A stretch of DNA of 16,153 nt. Origin: Synechococcus sp. GTDB taxonomy: Bacteria; Cyanobacteriota; Cyanobacteriia; Thermostichales; PCC-7336. Position 1 is the stretch's first letter. Each line of letters opens with the position of its first letter. The translations under genes were made by a program, and so were the position numbers. The stretch is taken from positions 1-16,153 of the forward strand of contig JBFRWD010000013.1 in NCBI GenBank assembly GCA_051439425.1. Reading direction: 5' to 3'. The notes below the pieces were generated by a model, which saw nothing but the letters and a program-made list of their open reading frames with translations, had not been told where the DNA came from and did not search any database. This document shows positions 10,376-16,153 of the stretch, piece after piece.

Positions 10376-10663
10376 ATGGCAGAGCAGCTCGATCGTTCCA
10401 CCCCAGCAGATGCATCTGACCCCGCCCTAAGAAGACGCAACAAAATTGATTTAGAGATACATGCAGAGCTCGGCCAACTGCTACGCAAGATTATAATTCA
10501 AACAGACTTAAGATAAAAAGAAATAGCAAACACTTTATCTATTCAACGACCAGAAGTCTCCCACCTAATCAACGGTCACTTTAGCCGCCTCACAATAGGA
10601 AAGCTAATTCAATTTCCCGATTGTTTGGGATAGATCGTAAAATTTGCTGTTTACCAAAGATAG
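10376..10663 (+). pseudogene. XRE-family helix-turn-helix protein (HTH_37 / HigA-like antitoxin), disrupted
   Basis: Translation: MAEQLDRSTPADASDPALRRRNKIDLEIHAELGQLLRKIIIQTDLR*KEIANTLSIQRPEVSHLINGHFSRLTIGKLIQFPDCLG*IVKFAVYQR*. In-frame stops at 10514-16 (TAA, where Q is expected) and 10631-33 (TAG). The QxEIAxxLxIxxPEVSHLxNGHFSR...KL pattern is characteristic of HTH_37 proteins. Confidence 0.8.
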
Positions 10664-11170
10664 TCTGATTTGAACCAGTGAAAATCAATTCATCAACGAA
10701 AGATCGAGCGCCGATCAAGCATTAGAAGTCTTTAGAGGGCAATGCCTATTTAGCATCTTCTAAGCACTGTAGAATACTTTATAGTATTTGCCATTTCAGT
10801 TAGGACAGATGTTTCCAATCACAGTCAGGTCTAGACATAGCTGACATATCCTCAGTGGTTTGGCCACTGATATATCAGAACAGCCATGTTCATGCCTAAG
10901 CATCAATGTCTCCCCCTATTCTTCACCCAGAGGAGATCTAGCTGACTGAGATTGACGCAATAATTGACGCGCTTATAGATTTCTAGACTATACATCCTGT
11001 TCCGATCTCCTATATAAGCCATGTATATCGGAGAGAAATACTGTTACATAATAAATTCTATTTAAACGAAAGATAACATAAATGATTTTTCTCAAATATG
11101 TGATTTTTGATTAAGACTAAAATTCATTTTTGTTCCAGGTTTATACAATATCAATATCCGGTACAAGTAA

Positions 11171-13519
<2,349 letters not shown>

Positions 13520-13662
13520 CCCGCTGAAGGGGGTGGCCCGTCAAGCTCATGGTCGAGACTCTGGAAGCCACGACCCAGGGAATCGACCACAGGTTTGAAG
13601 GACAACGCAACTCTAGTAGGAGCGTAGTGAGCCCCCTTTTCAATCAAATTCTCTCCAGCGGG
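13520..13662 (-). ncRNA. ssrS: 6S RNA (cyanobacterial 6Sa type)
   Basis: Nested pairings: cccgctg 13520-26/cagcggg 13656-62; aagggggt 13527-34/gccccctt 13631-38; tcaagc 13541-46/gtttga 13593-98; tggtcga 13550-56/tcgacca 13583-89; ctgg/ccag. The minus-strand core CTAGAGTTGCGTTGTCCTTCAAACCTGTGGTCGATTCCCTGGGTCGTGGCTTCCAGAGTCTCGACCATGAGCTTGA closely matches the cyanobacterial ssaA core as I recall it. The strand is inferred from context: there is no room for a + strand promoter outside katG, and the gene follows DUF2103 on the minus strand. G-U pair patterns alone do not settle the strand. Confidence 0.85.
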
Positions 13663-13670
13663 CGATTGCG

Positions 13671-13991
13671 TTATCGCCCACGCTTTTTTAACGCTGCGGC
13701 TACAGCATCTTCGAGTTCGGTGCGATCGCAATTGGCAATCACAAACACTTCCTGCACGCTGGTGCCTTTGCGAGCCGTGAGTTTAAATCCACCCCGAATT
13801 GGGACTGAGATTTTTATGCGTAGCGGAGAGGGGCGACTGCGCACTCTACCGATGACACCAGGGGTGATGGTTTTAATACCGGGATAGTTGGCTAGCTCTC
13901 TCAGGACGGGGATAAGTCCCTCGATATGGGTGGAATGGTTCCAGACCAAACGGCCCTTTGGACCATCAGTAGAGGAGAATTTGGTAGACAT
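13671..13991 (-). CDS. DUF2103 family protein (predicted metal-binding, conserved in cyanobacteria), 106 aa
   Basis: MSTKFSSTDGPKGRLVWNHSTHIEGLIPVLRELA...IKTITPGVIGR...ISVPIRGGFKLTARKGTSVQEVFV matches the family pattern. The ATG at 13991 is preferred to the TTG at 14027 because the conserved GRLVWNHSTH motif normally lies near the N-terminus. Confidence 0.85.
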   Translation of the reverse strand: MSTKFSSTDGPKGRLVWNHSTHIEGLIPVLRELANYPGIKTITPGVIGRVRSRPSPLRIKISVPIRGGFKLTARKGTSVQEVFVIANCDRTELEDAVAAALKKRGR

Positions 13992-14260
13992 GGGATAGAG
14001 GAGACGAACAAGCAGGACGCTGTTCAACAGTAGTTCCCTGCTTCTACTTACCCTAACCGTTTAAATTGACGGATCCGTCTGAGATCGGATCGCCAAACGA
14101 ACTGCTAATTCTTTGATCGGACAAAAAAACTAGCAGACTTGTTTACTCAATACAGACACGCTCTTTGTGTTCGTGCAAAGGAGTTCTATCTCACCTTGCA
14201 ATTGCTTATGCTTTTTCGTGAGAAGGTTTTTCTGCCATTCCCCGGTATGGCAAGAAGGAG

Positions 14261-14301
14261 GTCAACAAAAAAGCACTGGTCTAACCGGCTTTTTTGTTGA
14301 C
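14261..14301. terminator. Bidirectional-type terminator downstream of the surface-protein gene
   Basis: Perfect 14-bp inverted repeat gtcaacaaaaaagc / gcttttttgttgac with internal A6/T6 tracts around ctggt-cta-accg. It lies about 110 nt past the minus-strand stop at 14412. Confidence 0.65.
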
Positions 14302-14411
14302 GGATGCAGAAGGGCTCCCTAACTTAGGTCAAATGCTCGCACTTGCTACTCGGCAGAGCGTTACCCCTCCAGCCCAAGGTAAAAGAGCAAAGCAAAGCCA
14401 AATCTACAAGC

Positions 14412-16153
14412 CTACGGCTCATCAATATCAACCGTTTCAGTGGTACCAGCCACATGAGTCCCCTGTTCAAAGACCTGGCCACCAGCTAGAGGTGCCCCTC
14501 CAACCGGATTGCCGTTATTGTTCAGGGTAGTCAAGACATTCGTGTTAAACCCATCCAGCACAGATGTACCAGGGTTGGTTTGCAGGATGGCATAGGCATC
14601 CCCAAAGAATCCTAACTGGTTGACGTCATTTCCGAAGATGTTGTAGCTGGCTGATGCTACACCCCCACCCAGGCTAACTTCACCCGTGATGCCGCTGAAA
14701 GTCACATCCGGATCGATATCGATGTCGTTGTTCCCAATAGTGAAATCCCCAGTTCCTGTTGGGATTTCGAGGAAAACAGCACCAATACCCGTATTCGGAA
14801 CAACAGAATTCACGTCAATGAAATTGTTATTGATTTCAAAGACGCCCGTGGGCGATCCATTCACCAGATCGATGCGCACCCCAATACTATTGTTGGCCGT
14901 GATCGAATTGTTATTGATCCGGCCTTCGGCGATGGCAGAATTAAAGAGTTCAACCTCAATGGCATCATCATCAATACTATTGCCCGTGACCGTATTACCG
15001 ATAAGGTTGAAATTGAGTTGAGTAGAATTACTGGCATTCAGGGAAATCCCCTCGCTGTCGGCTGCGCCTGGGTCAAAGGTGCTATCTGTGACATCAATGC
15101 GCACATTGGCATTATTCGAGACATCGACATCGAGAATGCCATCCACACTCGCGCCGTTAAAGATGCTACTGACCACATCCACGTCTGCGGTTCCAGCACT
15201 GAAAACGAGGTCTAGCGCCGTTGAGCTACCGCTATTGACGGTTACTCCACTCACGGTGGCGGTGCCCACATTAGTCCCCGAAAGCGTGCCGTTAATCACT
15301 GGGCTTGTGCTGGCATCACCATCCAGCAACTCACCCGTCGATAGGGTGAAGTCAGCCCCTTGACCAATCAGGGATTGATCGGTTTCGAAAACGAAACTCT
15401 CGTTGTAGGTGCCATCAAAGACATAGATGACATCACCCGCACCTGCTAACGCTTGCGCCTCAGTCAAGGTGGTAAAGGGATTAAAGACAGACCCATTTCC
15501 GGTACCGGCGGCGGTGTCGTCATCTACATAGATAGCCTCCGAGCCCACATTAATAAAAGCCGTGGCATTGGTGCTATTGAGACCATCGGACACTGTAAAC
15601 GAGAAGCTGTCGGTCAGGTTGGCATCCCCGGCCTCTGGCTGATAGAAGAAACTACCATCCGCGAAGATCGTGACCGAGCCCCCTTCAGCGGTGGTGAAGA
15701 TGCCGGTGGACGACACTAACAGCCCATCCATGTCTGGATCCGAGGCCCCATCCAACAGACTGACGGTGCTGGTAATGGAGGTCTGCTCACCCCCATTCAG
15801 GTCTGCACCAGCCACCTCTAAGACGCTATTGGCTAAGGTGTTGTAGGTGACATTACTGACCACGGGCGGTGAACCGTCAGCTACATCGTTAACGGTGACG
15901 GTGATGTCTTGGGTATCGGTTAGTAGACCCGAATCGGTAACGGTAACTTGCACCTCGTAGTTGTTATCGGTGGGATTGGTGCCGCCATCCAAGGGATTTT
16001 CAAAATCAGGGGGAGCAATAAAGCTAAGCTCGCCAGTAGTGGCATCAATGGTGAAGAAGGCTTGGTCATCGCCACCCGTGATGCTGTAAGTCAGGCCAGC
16101 CCCTTCAGCATCGAGATCGTCGAGGGTCTGGACATTGGTGACCAGCGTGGTGT
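14412..16153 (-). CDS. Large acidic surface/adhesin-like protein, C-terminal part (cadherin, Big_9-like Ig, right-handed beta-helix); starts beyond the window
   Basis: The frame stays open from 15992 to the window edge: ...TTLVTNVQTLDDLDAEGAGLTYSITGGDDQAFFTIDATTGELSFIAPPDFENPLDGG...YEVQVTVTD...ITVTVNDV (bacterial cadherin). Next is SDPDMDGL...GGSVTIFADGSFFYQP...DSFSFTVSDG (Big_9-like), then IYVDDD...GNGSVFNPFTTLTEA...AGDVIYVFDGTY (pectate-lyase-like beta-helix start), followed by Asn-rich coils (IGNTV, INNNSI, INNNFI, IGNNDI). Confidence 0.9.
   Translation of the reverse strand, partial: TTLVTNVQTLDDLDAEGAGLTYSITGGDDQAFFTIDATTGELSFIAPPDFENPLDGGTNPTDNNYEVQVTVTDSGLLTDTQDITVTVNDVADGSPPVVSNVTYNTLANSVLEVAGADLNGGEQTSITSTVSLLDGASDPDMDGLLVSSTGIFTTAEGGSVTIFADGSFFYQPEAGDANLTDSFSFTVSDGLNSTNATAFINVGSEAIYVDDDTAAGTGNGSVFNPFTTLTEAQALAGAGDVIYVFDGTYNESFVFETDQSLIGQGADFTLSTGELLDGDASTSPVINGTLSGTNVGTATVSGVTVNSGSSTALDLVFSAGTADVDVVSSIFNGASVDGILDVDVSNNANVRIDVTDSTFDPGAADSEGISLNASNSTQLNFNLIGNTVTGNSIDDDAIEVELFNSAIAEGRINNNSITANNSIGVRIDLVNGSPTGVFEINNNFIDVNSVVPNTGIGAVFLEIPTGTGDFTIGNNDIDIDPDVTFSGITGEVSLGGGVASASYNIFGNDVNQLGFFGDAYAILQTNPGTSVLDGFNTNVLTTLNNNGNPVGGAPLAGGQVFEQGTHVAGTTETVDIDEP

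Noticed and set aside
10246..10488. 80-aa minus-strand ORF
   Set aside because: Partly antisense to the HTH pseudogene, with no recognisable motif.
10058..10946. AGCTGAC occurring four times (10058 reverse strand, 10327, 10839, 10940)
   Set aside because: A 7-mer picked post hoc with irregular spacing.
10906..10986. Fragment MSPPILHPEEI*LTEIDAIIDALIDF* resembling a PLP-enzyme C-terminal helix
   Set aside because: Too short and interrupted. The IDA repeat is simply the ATTGACGC duplication.
13520..13662. IS200/IS605 end or omegaRNA/HEARO as an alternative identity for the structured RNA
   Set aside because: No tnpA, tnpB or iscB nearby, and the sequence fits the cyanobacterial 6S core better.
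14294..15719. Plus-strand ORFs opposite the surface protein, and the TTG start at 15992
   Set aside because: Antisense shadows. The minus frame is open to the window edge and 15992 falls inside a cadherin domain, so it is not the real start.

Overview
Cyanobacterial chromosomal window, judged from the split rpoC1/rpoC2 and seven HIP1 octamers (GCGATCGC). It opens with the 3' end of tatD and a near-consensus sigma70-type promoter, followed by the rpoB-rpoC1-rpoC2 operon, whose intrinsic terminator is built from two HIP1 sites. An accessory-looking segment follows: a partly AT-rich spacer containing a decayed XRE/HTH_37 (HigA-like) gene, then katG. Directly against the katG stop codon is a structured RNA gene that the ORF track cannot show. 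It reads as the cyanobacterial 6S RNA (ssaA/ssrS), probably on the minus strand and unusually short (143 nt). It sits 8 nt downstream of a DUF2103 gene. The window ends in the 3' part of a large, very acidic surface protein (cadherin, Big_9-like and beta-helix domains). The best leads are the compact 6S RNA and its zero-gap convergence with katG, the repeat-derived acidic tail on RpoB, and the HIP1-built terminator. I cannot show a wholly new system from the sequence alone. Family comparisons come from recalled motifs, not from searches.
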